From the NCBI GenBank assembly GCA_040752415.1, contig JBFMGU010000010.1:16023-80022 (forward strand): a stretch of 64,000 bases of DNA, given 5' to 3'. Under the pieces are notes generated by a model that was not told where the DNA came from, did no database searches, and saw nothing but the letters and a program-made list of their open reading frames with translations. The translations under genes were made by a program, and so were the position numbers. This document shows positions 1 through 11,501 of this stretch, one piece after another. Source of the DNA: Myxococcota bacterium. GTDB taxonomy: Bacteria > Myxococcota > JACRCW01. Numbering within the stretch: the first letter of the stretch is position 1; each line of letters starts with the position of its first letter.

Positions 1-3000
1 GCCGACGTGAAGGGCGTGTCCGGAACGTGGAAGGACCTCACCGACAACGTCAACCTGCTCGCCGGAAACCTGACCAGCCAGGTGCGCAACATCGCCCTGG
101 TGACGACGGCGGTGGCCAACGGTGACCTGTCCAAGAAGATCACCGTCGACGTCAAGGGTGAGGTGCTGGAGCTCAAGAACACCATCAACACCATGGTGGA
201 CCAGCTGCGCGCGTTTGCCGCCGAGGTGACCCGCGTGGCGCGCGAGGTGGGCACCGAGGGCCGCCTGGGTGGTCAGGCGCACGTCCCCGACGTGGCCGGC
301 ACCTGGAAGGACCTCACCGACAACGTGAACCTGATGGCCAGCAACCTCACCAGCCAGGTGCGCGGCATCGTCCGGGTGGTGACCGCGGTGGCCAACGGCG
401 ACCTGTCCAAGAAGTTCGTCGTCGAAGCGAAGGGCGAGATTGCCGCCCTGGCCGACACGATCAACAACATGACCGACACCCTCCGCACCTTTGCCGAGCA
501 GGTCACCACGGTGGCCCGCGAAGTGGGCAGCGAAGGGAAGCTGGGTGGTCAGGCCAAGGTGCCCGGTGTGTCCGGCACGTGGCGCGACCTCACCGACAAC
601 GTCAACATGCTGGCCGGCAACCTGACCAACCAGGTGCGCAACATCGCGTTGGTGACCACGGCGCTGGCCAACGGTGACCTCTCGCAGAAGATCACCGTCG
701 ACGCGCGCGGCGAAATCCTCGAGCTGAAGAACACCATCAACGCCACCGTGGACAAGCTGCGCACGTTCGCCCGTGAGGTGACCCGCGTGGCGCGTGAAGT
801 GGGCACGGAAGGCCGCCTGGGTGGACAGGCGCAGGTGCCGGGTGTGGCCGGGACGTGGCAGGACCTCACCGACAACGTGAACCTGATGGCCAGCAACCTC
901 ACCAACCAGGTGCGCGGCATCGTCAAGGTGGTGACCGCGGTGGCCGAAGGGGACCTGTCCCAGAAGCTGGTGGTGGAAGCCAAGGGCGAGATTGCCGCAC
1001 TGGCCGACACCATCAACGGCATGACCGGCACGCTGCGCGTCTTTGCCGAGCAGGTGACGACGGTGGCCCGCGAAGTGGGCATTGAAGGGAAGCTGGGCGG
1101 GCAGGCCAAGGTGCCCGGCGTGGCGGGAACGTGGAAGGACCTCACCGACAACGTCAACATGCTGGCCGGCAACCTCACCAACCAGGTGCGCAACATCGCG
1201 TTGGTGACCACGGCAGTGGCCAAGGGCGACCTGTCACGCAAGATCACCGTCGACGCGCGCGGCGAGATCCTGGAGCTGAAGGACACCATCAACGCCATGG
1301 TGGACCAGCTGCGTACGTTCGCCGCGGAGGTGACCCGCGTGGCCCGCGAAGTGGGTACCGAGGGTCTGCTGGGTGGTCAGGCCCAGGTGCCCGACGTGGC
1401 CGGAACGTGGAAGGACCTCACCGACAACGTGAACCTGATGGCGAGCAACCTCACCAGCCAGGTGCGCGGCATCGTCAAGGTGGTGACCGCGGTGGCCAAC
1501 GGTGACCTGACGCAGAAGTTCGTCGTCGAGGCGAAGGGCGAGATTGCCGCCCTGGCCGACACGATCAACAACATGACCGACACGCTCCGCACCTTTGCCG
1601 AGCAGGTCACCACGGTGGCCCGCGAAGTGGGTGTGGAAGGAAAGCTGGGCGGCCAGGCCAAGGTGCCCGGAGCCGCCGGCACGTGGCGCGACCTCACCGA
1701 CAACGTGAACCAGCTGGCCGGCAACCTCACCACGCAGGTGCGCGCCATCTCCGAGGTGGCCACCGCCGTGATCAAGGGTGACCTCAGCCGCACCATTGAC
1801 GTCGGTGCGCAGGGCGAGGTGCTGGCCCTGAAGGACACCATCAACCAGATGATCGCCAACCTGCGCGACACCACGCAGACCAACAAGGAGCAGGACTGGC
1901 TGAAGACCAACCTGGCCAAGTTCTCCGGGATGATGCAGGGGCAACGCAGCCTGGAGTCGCTGGCCGCGCTCATCATGTCCGAGCTCACTCCGACGGTGGG
2001 AGCGCAGCTGGGCACGTTCTTCATGGTCAACGCCGACCAGGAGAAACCGGTGCTCAAGCTGGTCAGCAGCTACGGGTACACCGAGCGCAAGCACGTCTCC
2101 AATCGCTTCGGCCTGGGGGAAGGGCTGGTGGGCCAGTGCGCGCTGGAGAAGAAGCCCATCCTCGTGTCCGAGGTCCCCGACGACTACGTCAGGATCTCGT
2201 CGAGCCTGGGGGAGGCGCCGCCCCGCAACCTCATTGCGCTGCCGGTGTTGTTCGAGGACAAGATCCGCGGCGTCATCGAGCTGGGCTCCTTCCAGCACTT
2301 CCACTCCATCCACCGGACCTTCCTGGAGCAGCTCGCGCTGAGCATTGGCGTGGTGTTCAACATGATCAGCGCCAGCCGCCGCACCGAGGAGCTGCTGGAG
2401 GAGCTGCAGCGGTCCAACGCCGAGCTCAACAGCCGCACCAACGAGCTGGAGGACAAGGCCAGCCTGCTGGAGATCAAGAACCGCGAGATTGCCGAGGCCA
2501 GCGCGAACCTGGAGGAGAAGGCCAAGCAGCTGGCCCTGGTGTCCAAGTACAAGAGCGAGTTCCTGGCCAACATGTCCCACGAGCTGCGCACGCCGCTCAA
2601 CAGCATGCTGATCCTGGCCAACCTGATGGCGGAGAACACCGAGCACAATCTCACGCCCAAGCAGGTGGAGTACGCGCAGACCATCCACAGCGCCGGTCGC
2701 GACCTGCTCTCGCTCATCAGCCAGATCCTGGATCTCTCCAAGATCGAGGCGGGTCGGATGCAGATCGAGAAGCGGCGCACGCCGCTGGCGGAGATCCGGT
2801 CCTACGTGGAGCGAAGCTTCCGACCCATTGCGGAGCAGAAGGGCCTGGAGTTCAACGTCTCCATTGCGTCGGATGCGCCAGCCTCCATCAACACGGACTC
2901 CCAGCGGTTGCAGCAGATCCTGAAGAACCTGCTGTCCAACGCGTTCAAGTTCACCGAGTCCGGGCGGGTGGATGTCCGCATGTCGCTGGAGACCACGCGC

Positions 3001-3798
3001 CGCAACTTCCGCAATCCCGCGTTGCTGCGTGCCCCCGCCGTCCTGGCCGTCTCCGTCAGCGACACGGGCATTGGCATCCCCAAGGAGAAGCAGCAGCTCA
3101 TCTTCGAGGCGTTCCAGCAGGCCGACGCGTCGACGAGCCGCACCTACGGAGGCACCGGGCTGGGCCTGACCATCAGCCGCGAGCTGGCGCGCCTGCTGGG
3201 CGGCGAGATCGAGCTGAGGAGCAACGCCGGGGAGGGCAGCATCTTCACGCTGTACCTGCCGCTGGGTCCGGAGGACCGCGACGTGACCGCCATTTCCGAG
3301 GAGCTGGGCGGGTACGAGCGCACCCACGTGGAGATGCCGCGCCAGTTGCAGCACGCGGTGACGCCGGAATCCGTTGGGACGGCGCTGCCCACGCCGTCGG
3401 AGGGCGTCGACGTGGCGGGCAAGACGGTGCTGGTGGTGGATGATGACGTCCGCAACCTGTTCGCCGTCACCAGCCTGCTGGAGCGTCACGGCGTGAAGGT
3501 GGTGCCGGCAAGCAGCGCGCGCGAGGGCATTGCCGCGCTGGAGGCCCATCCCGAGGTGGAGGCCGTGCTCATGGACATCATGATGCCGGAGATGGATGGG
3601 TACGAGGCCACGCGGGAGATCCGCCGGAAGGACAAGTACGCCAACCTTCCCATCATTGCCCTGACGGCGAAGGCCATGCCCGGTGACCGGGAGAAGTGCA
3701 TGGAGGCGGGGTGCAGTGACTTCGTCCCCAAGCCGGTGGAGGCGGACCGGCTGATGGGCACGCTGCGGCAATGGGCCAAGGCACGTCCGGAGCAGTGA
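1..3798 (+). CDS. Poly-HAMP GAF hybrid sensor histidine kinase/response regulator (5' end lies outside the window)
   Basis: Tandem ~92-aa HAMP units ([11 protein letters not shown]...), GAF-like region, H-box [14 protein letters not shown], HATPase motifs ([23 protein letters not shown]) and a C-terminal receiver (VLVVDDD, LMDIMMP). The frame is open from base 1. Confidence 0.95.
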   Translation, partial: ADVKGVSGTWKDLTDNVNLLAGNLTSQVRNIALVTTAVANGDLSKKITVDVKGEVLELKNTINTMVDQLRAFAAEVTRVAREVGTEGRLGGQAHVPDVAGTWKDLTDNVNLMASNLTSQVRGIVRVVTAVANGDLSKKFVVEAKGEIAALADTINNMTDTLRTFAEQVTTVAREVGSEGKLGGQAKVPGVSGTWRDLTDNVNMLAGNLTNQVRNIALVTTALANGDLSQKITVDARGEILELKNTINATVDKLRTFAREVTRVAREVGTEGRLGGQAQVPGVAGTWQDLTDNVNLMASNLTNQVRGIVKVVTAVAEGDLSQKLVVEAKGEIAALADTINGMTGTLRVFAEQVTTVAREVGIEGKLGGQAKVPGVAGTWKDLTDNVNMLAGNLTNQVRNIALVTTAVAKGDLSRKITVDARGEILELKDTINAMVDQLRTFAAEVTRVAREVGTEGLLGGQAQVPDVAGTWKDLTDNVNLMASNLTSQVRGIVKVVTAVANGDLTQKFVVEAKGEIAALADTINNMTDTLRTFAEQVTTVAREVGVEGKLGGQAKVPGAAGTWRDLTDNVNQLAGNLTTQVRAISEVATAVIKGDLSRTIDVGAQGEVLALKDTINQMIANLRDTTQTNKEQDWLKTNLAKFSGMMQGQRSLESLAALIMSELTPTVGAQLGTFFMVNADQEKPVLKLVSSYGYTERKHVSNRFGLGEGLVGQCALEKKPILVSEVPDDYVRISSSLGEAPPRNLIALPVLFEDKIRGVIELGSFQHFHSIHRTFLEQLALSIGVVFNMISASRRTEELLEELQRSNAELNSRTNELEDKASLLEIKNREIAEASANLEEKAKQLALVSKYKSEFLANMSHELRTPLNSMLILANLMAENTEHNLTPKQVEYAQTIHSAGRDLLSLISQILDLSKIEAGRMQIEKRRTPLAEIRSYVERSFRPIAEQKGLEFNVSIASDAPASINTDSQRLQQILKNLLSNAFKFTESGRVDVRMSLETTRRNFRNPALLRAPAVLAVSVSDTGIGIPKEKQQLIFEAFQQADASTSRTYGGTGLGLTISRELARLLGGEIELRSNAGEGSIFTLYLPLGPEDRDVTAISEELGGYERTHVEMPRQLQHAVTPESVGTALPTPSEGVDVAGKTVLVVDDDVRNLFAVTSLLERHGVKVVPASSAREGIAALEAHPEVEAVLMDIMMPEMDGYEATREIRRKDKYANLPIIALTAKAMPGDREKCMEAGCSDFVPKPVEADRLMGTLRQWAKARPEQ

Positions 3799-3946
3799 AG
3801 GTGCCGGACCGTGAGGCCAGGGTCGTCCCGGTCTCTCCCCTGGGAAGTGGCTCGCGCGGTCATGTTGCTTCCAAGCAGCTCGCCGCACGATGATCGGCCG
3901 CTCGTCGCCATCGAGCCGCAATGTCCAGCGACCCGAGGTCAAGACC

Positions 3947-4567
3947 ATGGCCAGCACCCGATTCCAGCGGTCCGAGAACGAGGTCACTCCGCCCATTCCC
4001 GACGACAACGCGCTGCAGGAGCTGCTCGCCCTGCGCATGATGGGCGCGTGCTGGCACCCGTTTACCGACGTGAAGGGAGCCCGGAAGATGACGCTCGGTG
4101 AGATGCTCAACGCGAAGGACGTCCAGCCTCCGTTGACCGGGACGATCTGCTCGGTGCGCGTGATGCCCAGCTTCCATGCGTGGGCGGACCTGGGCGTGGT
4201 GACTGCAAGGCGGGGTGACCAGGTTGCGTTCCACCGCGTTGGGATCGTCGTGGGCGGAGAGCCAGCGGCCAATGCACGCGCCGACCTGGTGGAGCTGGAG
4301 CTGCCCGCGCTGGATCTTCCCCCGCTGCTCCCCGCGCCGAACGACGAAGGCTCCATGCTGGATGGCTGCCGCTACTGCGCGACATTCATGAGCGCGGGGG
4401 CGAACATCACGGTCAGGTTCTCGCCGGTGAGCGCCCGCTACCGCGCGTGGGCACGGTCCTTCCACGAACTTGCGCACGCGCTTGCCCGGGTGGCCCGCAA
4501 CCCCGTGCTGGACGAGTACCTGGACGTCTGGGCGACCTACCTTCCAAGCGACCCGGGTCGCGGTTGA
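3947..4567 (+). CDS. Hypothetical protein
   Basis: ATG at 3947 preceded by GAGG; plausible composition; no family recognised. Confidence 0.55.
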   Translation: MASTRFQRSENEVTPPIPDDNALQELLALRMMGACWHPFTDVKGARKMTLGEMLNAKDVQPPLTGTICSVRVMPSFHAWADLGVVTARRGDQVAFHRVGIVVGGEPAANARADLVELELPALDLPPLLPAPNDEGSMLDGCRYCATFMSAGANITVRFSPVSARYRAWARSFHELAHALARVARNPVLDEYLDVWATYLPSDPGRG

Positions 4568-4616
4568 CCTCACGGCGCCATCCGACGGACAGGCAGCCCA
4601 ACGCACCAGCGGTGCT

Positions 4617-4877
4617 TCAGCGGTGCGCGGACCGGTTCTTGTCGGCCACCGCCGCGATGATGACGGCGAAGGCAATGAGGCGGATGACGAAGACGTAGGT
4701 GGCCACCTCGTTGCCCAGCCAGATGACGACGAGCGCAATGCGCTCCACCGCCAGGATCCAGAACGCCACCGCGAACATGAGGAACAGCCGGTCCCGCGTC
4801 TTGCTCCAGAAGCGCAGGAACATCATCCCCACCACCCAGCAGGCCATCATGATGGCGCCGGAGAGGAACTGGTTCAT
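4617..4877 (-). CDS. Small 3-TM membrane protein (DUF5985-like)
   Basis: Hydrophobic 86-aa ORF with FLRFWSKTRDRLFLMFAVAFWILA; paired with the similar neighbouring ORF. Confidence 0.75.
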   Translation of the reverse strand: MNQFLSGAIMMACWVVGMMFLRFWSKTRDRLFLMFAVAFWILAVERIALVVIWLGNEVATYVFVIRLIAFAVIIAAVADKNRSAHR

Positions 4878-4908
4878 GCCCGCCTCCGCGCGATTCTTGT
4901 CGGGAAGC

Positions 4909-5166
4909 TCATTCCGCCTCCCAGATGAGCCCGTAGAGCAGCATCATCAGCGCCACCACGGCGGAGCCGGACCGCCACAGTGACAGGTCAATGTGTGGCA
5001 CCAGGACCCGGTCCACGAACAGAAGCACGTTGTTGACGCCGAGCCCCAGGAAGCACAGAGCGCTCCACAGCAGCAGCCTGGCGTGGGACTGCCGGTAGGC
5101 GCGCAGCAGCAGGGTGGCGCACGCCGCACTGGCCAGGGCGCAAAGCGCGTACACGACCGCGGCCAT
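4909..5166 (-). CDS. Small 3-TM membrane protein (DUF5985-like)
   Basis: VYALCALASAACATLLLRAY...LLLWSALCFLGL pattern; operonic spacing. Confidence 0.75.
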   Translation of the reverse strand: MAAVVYALCALASAACATLLLRAYRQSHARLLLWSALCFLGLGVNNVLLFVDRVLVPHIDLSLWRSGSAVVALMMLLYGLIWEAE

Positions 5167-5169
5167 GGC

Positions 5170-5559
5170 TCAATCCTCCCTTCGAAGCTTGAACGCATCC
5201 GAAAAGACACGAAGGTTCTCGATGGGCTTGGCGAAGATCAGGTTGATGACCTCGTGGCGCCGGCTGGCGTAGGCCTGGCCCAGGCGTGCCACCACGCCGT
5301 CCAGGGGCTTGCCCACGAGGTCGTAGCAGTACGTGGGTCCCGCGTCCGCGCGGACACGGACGAAGCCACGCCCGGCCAGGTCCGTCAGCCGGGACGCCGC
5401 CGAGGTGACGCTGGTCCGCAGCTCCTCGTTGAGACGTACGGCGGTCCATTCCTGGTCAGGGTGCGCCCGGAGGAGCAGGAGGGCCTCCAGCTGCTCCACC
5501 GAATTGATGTGGGCCCGAATGAACTCCCGCACATCCGTGTCAATTCCGCCGTTGGCCAC
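5170..5559 (-). CDS. Winged-helix-like protein
   Basis: VREFIRAHINSVEQLEALLLL...LTDLAGRG...FSDAFKL; start chosen at GTG 5559 (uncertain); ends 3 bp before the next ORF. Confidence 0.7.
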   Translation of the reverse strand: MANGGIDTDVREFIRAHINSVEQLEALLLLRAHPDQEWTAVRLNEELRTSVTSAASRLTDLAGRGFVRVRADAGPTYCYDLVGKPLDGVVARLGQAYASRRHEVINLIFAKPIENLRVFSDAFKLRRED

Positions 5560-5796
5560 GGTGTCCACGCAAGGGTCCCCGCCGGGGCTGGACCCTCGTG
5601 AAGCTCGTCGATGCGGCGGGTCCTGGGACGCTCCCGCTGCGCTCGAAGGGCAACCTCCCGCCATCACGCAGTTCACCGAGAAGTAATGACGCCGTGGTGC
5701 GAGCGCAGGCGGCGGCGCAGGTTCCGTCCGCGCTCACGTCAGCGTCCCACCCCGGAGCTGGCGGCTGTGCTGCCGTGCCCGGAGCTCGCGGCGTGC

Positions 5797-6252
5797 TCAG
5801 CTCAGGGCGCCCGCGAGGATGTCCCCAACCACGGGGGCCTTGTCGGCGTGGTGGTGGATGAGCTTCCACCCGCCGTCTCTGCGACGGAAGATGTTGGTGC
5901 AGTTCAACGACATGCGGACCGTCTTGCCGTTGACGTTGTTCTCGCTTTCGAAGACCCCCGTGGTGTAGGCCACGTCTCCCAGCACGAACACCCTCTCAAT
6001 ACGGATGCCCATCACGGGCGGCGCACCCTGTGGAGCGGCAGCGGTGTTCTGCCGACTTAGCGCCGCCAGCTCCTCCCAGGTGGCCAGCACCTCGTCCCAG
6101 CCATGTGCCCATTCCCCAATGGGATGGCCAGAGGAAACTTCCGCACCGTGGTCCCACACGCGTCGCATGGGGTCCAGGTTGCCAGCCATGAGGAGGCCCA
6201 GGGCCTCGTAGAACCGCAAGGCCGCCGCCTTGACCTCGTCAGCATCAGCCAT
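5797..6252 (-). CDS. NTF2/SnoaL-like protein
   Basis: FYEAL...W...HP.G...GW..V...W and C-terminal TNIFRRRDGGWKLIHHH. Confidence 0.85.
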   Translation of the reverse strand: MADADEVKAAALRFYEALGLLMAGNLDPMRRVWDHGAEVSSGHPIGEWAHGWDEVLATWEELAALSRQNTAAAPQGAPPVMGIRIERVFVLGDVAYTTGVFESENNVNGKTVRMSLNCTNIFRRRDGGWKLIHHHADKAPVVGDILAGALS

Positions 6253-6658
6253 GGTTCACCTCCCTGGGGGGACCTGCGTGCAGCGCCACCGCTGCCTCGG
6301 CGTCCGACGTCACGCACGACCAGGCGCTGGCGTCGGTCTCCTTGATGAGTCGCTGGAGCTGCAACCGGGTCAGCGCGTTGGGACAGAGGATGATGGCCCG
6401 CGAAAGCCCGCCCGCCTGCAGCGCGATGAAGATGCGGCGCCACGCTTCCTGTCCTGCCAGCCGTTGCGGCTTCAGATGGGTTGCATCCGCCCGCACCACC
6501 ACCGGACGCAGGACCTTTTGACAAGCGCCCATCATCGCGTCGGCGAACTGTCCGGCCACGTCGTCCGGCCAGAACCCCCACACCTGAAGGCGCAACGCGC
6601 TTGCGAAGTGGTCGTAGGCTATCGAGTAGCCGCCGTCATCATTGCCGCCCCTGGTCAT
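6245..6658 (-). CDS. Hypothetical protein, possibly STAS/SpoIIAA-like
   Basis: LQVWGFW...ADATHLKP...LTRLQLQRL pattern; overlaps the downstream gene by 8 bp. Confidence 0.6.
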   Translation of the reverse strand: MTRGGNDDGGYSIAYDHFASALRLQVWGFWPDDVAGQFADAMMGACQKVLRPVVVRADATHLKPQRLAGQEAWRRIFIALQAGGLSRAIILCPNALTRLQLQRLIKETDASAWSCVTSDAEAAVALHAGPPREVNHG

Positions 6659-7266
6659 CGCGTCCTCAACTCAACCCATTTCGCCCGGAAGGCCTCTTCG
6701 GCGCAGTCCGTGCGGACCTTGAGCGATTGATGAGGGGCCAGGCTGGGAGCGGGGCATAGCGTCAATTCCTGTCTTCCTTACGTGGACCTGCCTTAGCCGG
6801 AGCGCTCTCCGCATTAGGCGCGCGGCAACCTCGACGTCGTGCCTGGCCGCGCCGGTGGAGCGCCGGCTTGGGCGGAAGTGCTCCCATGGGATTCAAACCT
6901 GAACGCCAAGAAGGTCTTGCCCTGCGTGTGCGGGATTCCCCGGTGATTGCCAGCCGCGGCCGAAGTTGCGTGAACAAGGTCTCCATCGCCCGGTGGTCAA
7001 AGGTGGGGTTTCCGTGGGTGTTGCGCTGGGCCGCGGCAGCGTCCCCCAGGGTGACGACGTGGATTGCGACGGTGGACAACCACGCTGCGTCCTGTGTCAT
7101 ACCCAGGAGCGGCCGGGCGGGGTTGGGCTTCCGCGTAACCAGGGCTAATTGCGGGTTGCGGAGATCCTGCGGACCATCACAAGATGGGACCCGCTCATCG
7201 TCCAGGTCACCGCCAGGTTCCATGGGCCAGCAGGCTTGGACGTGAGCAACGGGGGAGGCGACGTCC

Positions 7267-7755
7267 ATGGCGGTCTTCGCACAGCCGCAGGTTGACGTCC
7301 TGACGTTCGAGGTCGGGGGCCAGTGTTATGCCCTTCCCTCCCGTTCCGTGCGTGAAGTGTTGCGCGCGGTGAGCATTGTGCCCCTTCCGAGTGGGCCTCG
7401 TGTCGTGGAAGGCATCATCAACGTTCGCGGGTCGGTGGTCCCGGTCCTGGACATTCGCAGCCGCTTCCGCCTTCCGCCAAAGTCGTTGGAGCACACGGAT
7501 CACCTCGTGGTTGCGTGGGCGGGGCGCCGTGTGGTGGCCATTCGCGCCGACCGCGCCCAGGACGTGCTTCGGATCGACGGGGCGCAGCTCGAGGACGTGG
7601 CGGTGGCCATTCCGGGGGCAGGGTACGTGGCTGGGGTTGCCAAGCTCCGGGATGGACTCCTGCTCATCCATGACCTCGAGACCTTCCTGGCAGAAGCAGA
7701 GGCAACAGCGCTTGACGCCGCGGTGGCGACGGTGTCGTCGGAGGACTCCAGATGA
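7267..7755 (+). CDS. cheW: Chemotaxis coupling protein CheW
   Basis: LTFEVGGQCYALP..VREV; GIINVRGSVVPVLDIR; GGAGG RBS. Confidence 0.92.
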   Translation: MAVFAQPQVDVLTFEVGGQCYALPSRSVREVLRAVSIVPLPSGPRVVEGIINVRGSVVPVLDIRSRFRLPPKSLEHTDHLVVAWAGRRVVAIRADRAQDVLRIDGAQLEDVAVAIPGAGYVAGVAKLRDGLLLIHDLETFLAEAEATALDAAVATVSSEDSR

Positions 7756-9217
7756 GCGAGCCCGCATCGTCGGGGCACGGTTACGACGCGGTGGCGCGCC
7801 TGGTTGGCGCTCGCACCGGGCTCGCCTTCGCGCCCACCGCTGGGAAGACGCCGTGGGCGGGATTCGCCGCGCGATGGCCCGGGCGGCCATCGAGAGCATT
7901 GATGAATACCTCGGGGTGGTGTCCAGCAGGACCGAGGCACTGGACGGTCTCGTCGCGGAGCTCACCGTTGGCGAAACCTACTTCTTCCGCGAGCCGGCGC
8001 AGTTCGGGTTCATCCGTGACGAGGTCTTGCCTGGGTTGGTGCAGCAACGTGGACCATGCCACGTCCTTCAAGTGTGGAGCGCTGGTTGCGCGTCCGGAGA
8101 GGAGCCCTATTCGCTGGCCATTCTGCTGGAGGGAGCGGGACTGCTCCGTCGCGCCCATGTCATCGGCACGGACATCTCCCGCCCCGCTCTCGCCCGGGCC
8201 GCCGCGGCGTCCTACAGCCCGTGGTCCCTGCGCGGGGTCGAAGAATCCCTGGTGAGGCGGTACTTCCGGCCATGCGGTGTCCACCACGTTCTCGACGGGA
8301 CCGTCAAGGAGTCCGTCACCTTCCGCTACCTGAACCTGGCACAAGATCCCTACCCGCCCGTTGCGAGCGGTGCGGGTTTAGACCTCATCCTATGCAGGAA
8401 CGTGCTCATCTACCTCGACCGGCAGACGGTGGCCCGCATTGCCGCTCGGCTCTTTGACGCACTGGCGCCAGGTGGCTGGCTCGTCGCGGGTCCCTCCGAC
8501 CCCCCGCTTTCCGAGCTGGCGCCGTTCGAGACCGTCGTGACCCGGCATGGCGTGTTCTACCGTCGTGGGGAGGCGGGTCGTCGCATCTTCGCGCCGGTTC
8601 ATTCACTTCGTCTTGAGCCCACGTCACCGAGCGCTGGTGGTCCACTTCCCACGGATCCTCCATCTCGCGCCACCTCGTCATTGGGCGCTTCCGGCCCGCG
8701 TGCAGCGTCTGGCCCCGTTTCCCGGGGAGACCTGGTGAGTCCCGGGCGTGACGCCGAGGTGGAGGGAGAACACGGTGTGGCCGCGGCCTCCCTGCGACCC
8801 ACCGACCCGGAGGCCGCCGAGCTCGCGGTGCGTGCATGTGCAAACCACGTCAGCGTCCAGGCCGCGGCCAAAGAGGCGGCGAAAGCAATACGGTGCCACG
8901 CGTTGTCCCCTTCGCTGCACTTTCTCCATGCCGTCCTGCTGCAGGAGTTGGGGCGCCTGGATGAAGCCGTGGAAGCGCTCAGGCGCGCGCTGTACCTGGA
9001 CCGGTCCCTCGCCATTGTCCACTTTGTCCTGGGAACCGTGCTGGCGCGTCGGGGCGAGATTCAAGCGGCGCGCCGGGAATTCCGGACCGCCGCGGACCTT
9101 GCCAGTGCCCGTCCCCCCGGCGAGCTCGTTCCCCTTGGAGACGGAGAGCGGGCCGGGCGACTCGCCCATGCCGCGCGAACGTGGATGGAGTCCCTCCATG
9201 AGGAGCACGCCTCATGA
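7752..9217 (+). pseudogene. cheR: CheR methyltransferase with C-terminal TPR, frameshifted near 7833-7835 (real lesion or read error)
   Basis: The N-terminus MSEPASSGHGYDAVARLVGARTGLAFAP starts at 7752. The catalytic part (TVGETYFFRE, WSAGCASGEEPYS, DLILCRNVLIY) and the TPR are in another frame. One extra C in the CCC run joins them. Confidence 0.85.
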
Positions 9218-9849
9218 CCGCACCGCGGCGCAGGAAGAGGACGCCGGTCGACTGGCCGGAGGTCCGCGAACGACTCGCGCGCACGCAGGCTGCCTTGGAG
9301 TCCGCTCTCATGCTCACGCCGGAACGTGCGCGGGCGCTGATGGACGAGCGCGCCCGGTCCCTGGCGTCGGCGGGTACCGGGGGTGGGCAGACGCAGGAGA
9401 CGCTGGAGGTTGTGACCTTTGCGCTCGGGCGCGAGCACTACGGGATCGAGACCAGGTTCGTCCGGGAGGTCCGGCGGCTGGCGGATCTCACGCCGGTACC
9501 GGGTGTCCCCGACTTCGTCCTCGGCATCACGAACCTGCGCGGTGAGGCGCTCGCAGTCATCGACCTGCGGAGGTTCTTCGGCATCGCCGGGACCGGTCTT
9601 GCCGACCTTTCGCGTGTGGTCGTGCTCGGGACGGAGCATGATGAGTTCGGGATTCTCGCCGACGTTGCGCACGCGGTTGTACGCATCCCGGCGTCCGCGG
9701 CCTTGGCGCCCCCCGAGTCTGTGGCGGGCGTTGGACGCGGGTACCTGCGCGGCGTGACCCGTGATGCCCTCGTTGTGCTCGACGGCACCGCGCTTCTTGA
9801 GGACCGGCGACTCGTCGTCGATCACGGCGCCGCAGAGCTGCGCACTTAG
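9214..9849 (+). CDS. cheW: CheW (WspD-like)
   Basis: VTFALGREHYGIE..VREV; LGITNLRGEALAVIDL. Confidence 0.92.
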   Translation: MTAPRRRKRTPVDWPEVRERLARTQAALESALMLTPERARALMDERARSLASAGTGGGQTQETLEVVTFALGREHYGIETRFVREVRRLADLTPVPGVPDFVLGITNLRGEALAVIDLRRFFGIAGTGLADLSRVVVLGTEHDEFGILADVAHAVVRIPASAALAPPESVAGVGRGYLRGVTRDALVVLDGTALLEDRRLVVDHGAAELRT

Positions 9850-9860
9850 GAGAACATAGG

Positions 9861-11501
9861 ATGATTCAGGAAATTCCATGGGCGCGAAGCCTCAGTACGA
9901 AGCTGGGCGGCATCACGCTTGCGCTGCTTGGCCTCACGCTCATCCTCGTGGCGGCGAACCTCTACACGCTTCAAGGCATCAAGAGCGACGCCGCGCATCT
10001 TGAGGCGTTCGGGCGCGCGCGAAAGCAGATCTATGAGTACATGTACCTCGCCCACCGGCGTTTTGAGGTGACCGGTGCCGAGCGCGACGCGGTGTCCAAC
10101 GACCTGCGGGACGTCATGGCCAAGGTGGAGGCCCGCTTCTCGGCGTTGACGCTTGGTGACCTCTCCACCGGGACGCCCGGTGTGACCGACGAACACCTGC
10201 GCGAGTCCATTCGTCAGCGACGGGAACAATGGAACGACCAGATCAAGCCAGCGCTGACGCGTCTGCTCACCGTGGGCAGCCTCGAGGAGGCCGAGCCGCA
10301 CCTGCGGGTCCTGCGGGAATCCATCTCTTCCCGCGTGGCGGATCTCGAGAAGGACATGGATGCCGCCAGGCGCCTGTCCGAGCGGAAGGTCGAGCGTTTC
10401 GAGGTCCTCCAATACGCTTTCATCGCCTTCGTCCTGGTGGTGCTGGCGTTGGTGTTCCGCGTTGCCCAGAGCGTGGCGCGCCGTACGGAGAGCCTCGCAA
10501 CCACCGCTGAGCGCATCGCTTCGGGCGACCTCCAGCTCGCGGCCCCCGTGACCGGCTCCGACGAGATCGCGGCGCTCGGGATGGCGTTCAACGCGATGAC
10601 CGCCCACCTGAGGCGGATCATCGAATCCGAGAAGGAAGGGCGCGCGAAACTGGAGCAACTCCTTGCGGCGGTTGCGGAGACGACCAATGCGCTGGCCTCC
10701 GGGACCTCGGAGATCCTGGCGGGGACCACCCAGCAGGCTTCTGGCGCCCAGGAGCAGGCAACGGCGGTCTCGGAGACGGTGACCACCGTCGACGAGGTGA
10801 CACAGACCGCAGACCAGGCCGCGCAACGCGCCCGGTCCGTGGCCGAGTCATCCCAGCGGTCCCTGGAGATTTCGAGGGTGGGGCGAAAGGCGGTGGAAGA
10901 CACGATCGCGGGGATGGGAACCGTGAAGGAGCAGGTGGAGGGGATTGCGGAGAGCATCCTCGCGCTCGCGGACCAGGCGCAGGCCATTGGCGAGATCATT
11001 GCCACGGTCAACGACATTGCCGAGCAGACCAACATCCTTGCGCTCAACGCCGGTATCGAGGCTTCACGTGCCGGGGAGCAGGGGAAGGGCTTCTCGGTTG
11101 TCGCCGCCGAGGTCAAGGCCCTGGCCGACCAGGCGAAGAAGGCCACGGCGCAGGTGCGTCAGCTGCTCGGCGACATCCAGAAGGCCACCAACAGCGCGGT
11201 GATGGCGGCGGAAGACGGAACCAAGAGTGTCAACGACACCACGAAGCTGGTGCTCCAGGCGGGAGACGCCATCAAGCAGCTCTCGGAAACCATTGCCGAG
11301 GCCGCGCAATCCGCCGCGCAGATTGCCGCGTCGGCGGGTCAGCAGGCGGCGGGAATGTCGCAGATCCACCAGGCCATGAAACAGGTGAGCCAGGCGACAA
11401 ACCAGAGTCTGGCGTCCACAAGGCAGCAGGAGCGCGCGGCGCAGGACCTCAACGTCCTCGGCACCCGGCTCAAGCAGCTCATGGGCGGGTTCGGGCGGTG
11501 A
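9861..11501 (+). CDS. Methyl-accepting chemotaxis protein
   Basis: Two TM segments, a HAMP domain, and the hairpin tip IAEQTNILALNAGIEASRAGEQGKGFSVVAAEVK. Confidence 0.96.
   Translation: MIQEIPWARSLSTKLGGITLALLGLTLILVAANLYTLQGIKSDAAHLEAFGRARKQIYEYMYLAHRRFEVTGAERDAVSNDLRDVMAKVEARFSALTLGDLSTGTPGVTDEHLRESIRQRREQWNDQIKPALTRLLTVGSLEEAEPHLRVLRESISSRVADLEKDMDAARRLSERKVERFEVLQYAFIAFVLVVLALVFRVAQSVARRTESLATTAERIASGDLQLAAPVTGSDEIAALGMAFNAMTAHLRRIIESEKEGRAKLEQLLAAVAETTNALASGTSEILAGTTQQASGAQEQATAVSETVTTVDEVTQTADQAAQRARSVAESSQRSLEISRVGRKAVEDTIAGMGTVKEQVEGIAESILALADQAQAIGEIIATVNDIAEQTNILALNAGIEASRAGEQGKGFSVVAAEVKALADQAKKATAQVRQLLGDIQKATNSAVMAAEDGTKSVNDTTKLVLQAGDAIKQLSETIAEAAQSAAQIAASAGQQAAGMSQIHQAMKQVSQATNQSLASTRQQERAAQDLNVLGTRLKQLMGGFGR

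Noticed and set aside
1..1860. Strong ~276-bp DNA periodicity
   Set aside because: Explained by tandem HAMP domains of the kinase.
1234..4356. 1040-aa antisense ORF and similar long shadow ORFs (24380-26539, 58765-61089, 60761-62818)
   Set aside because: Antisense shadows of high-GC genes with no recognisable motifs.
6762..7268. ORFs in the gap upstream of cheW
   Set aside because: No motif or codon-bias support; more likely a divergent promoter region.
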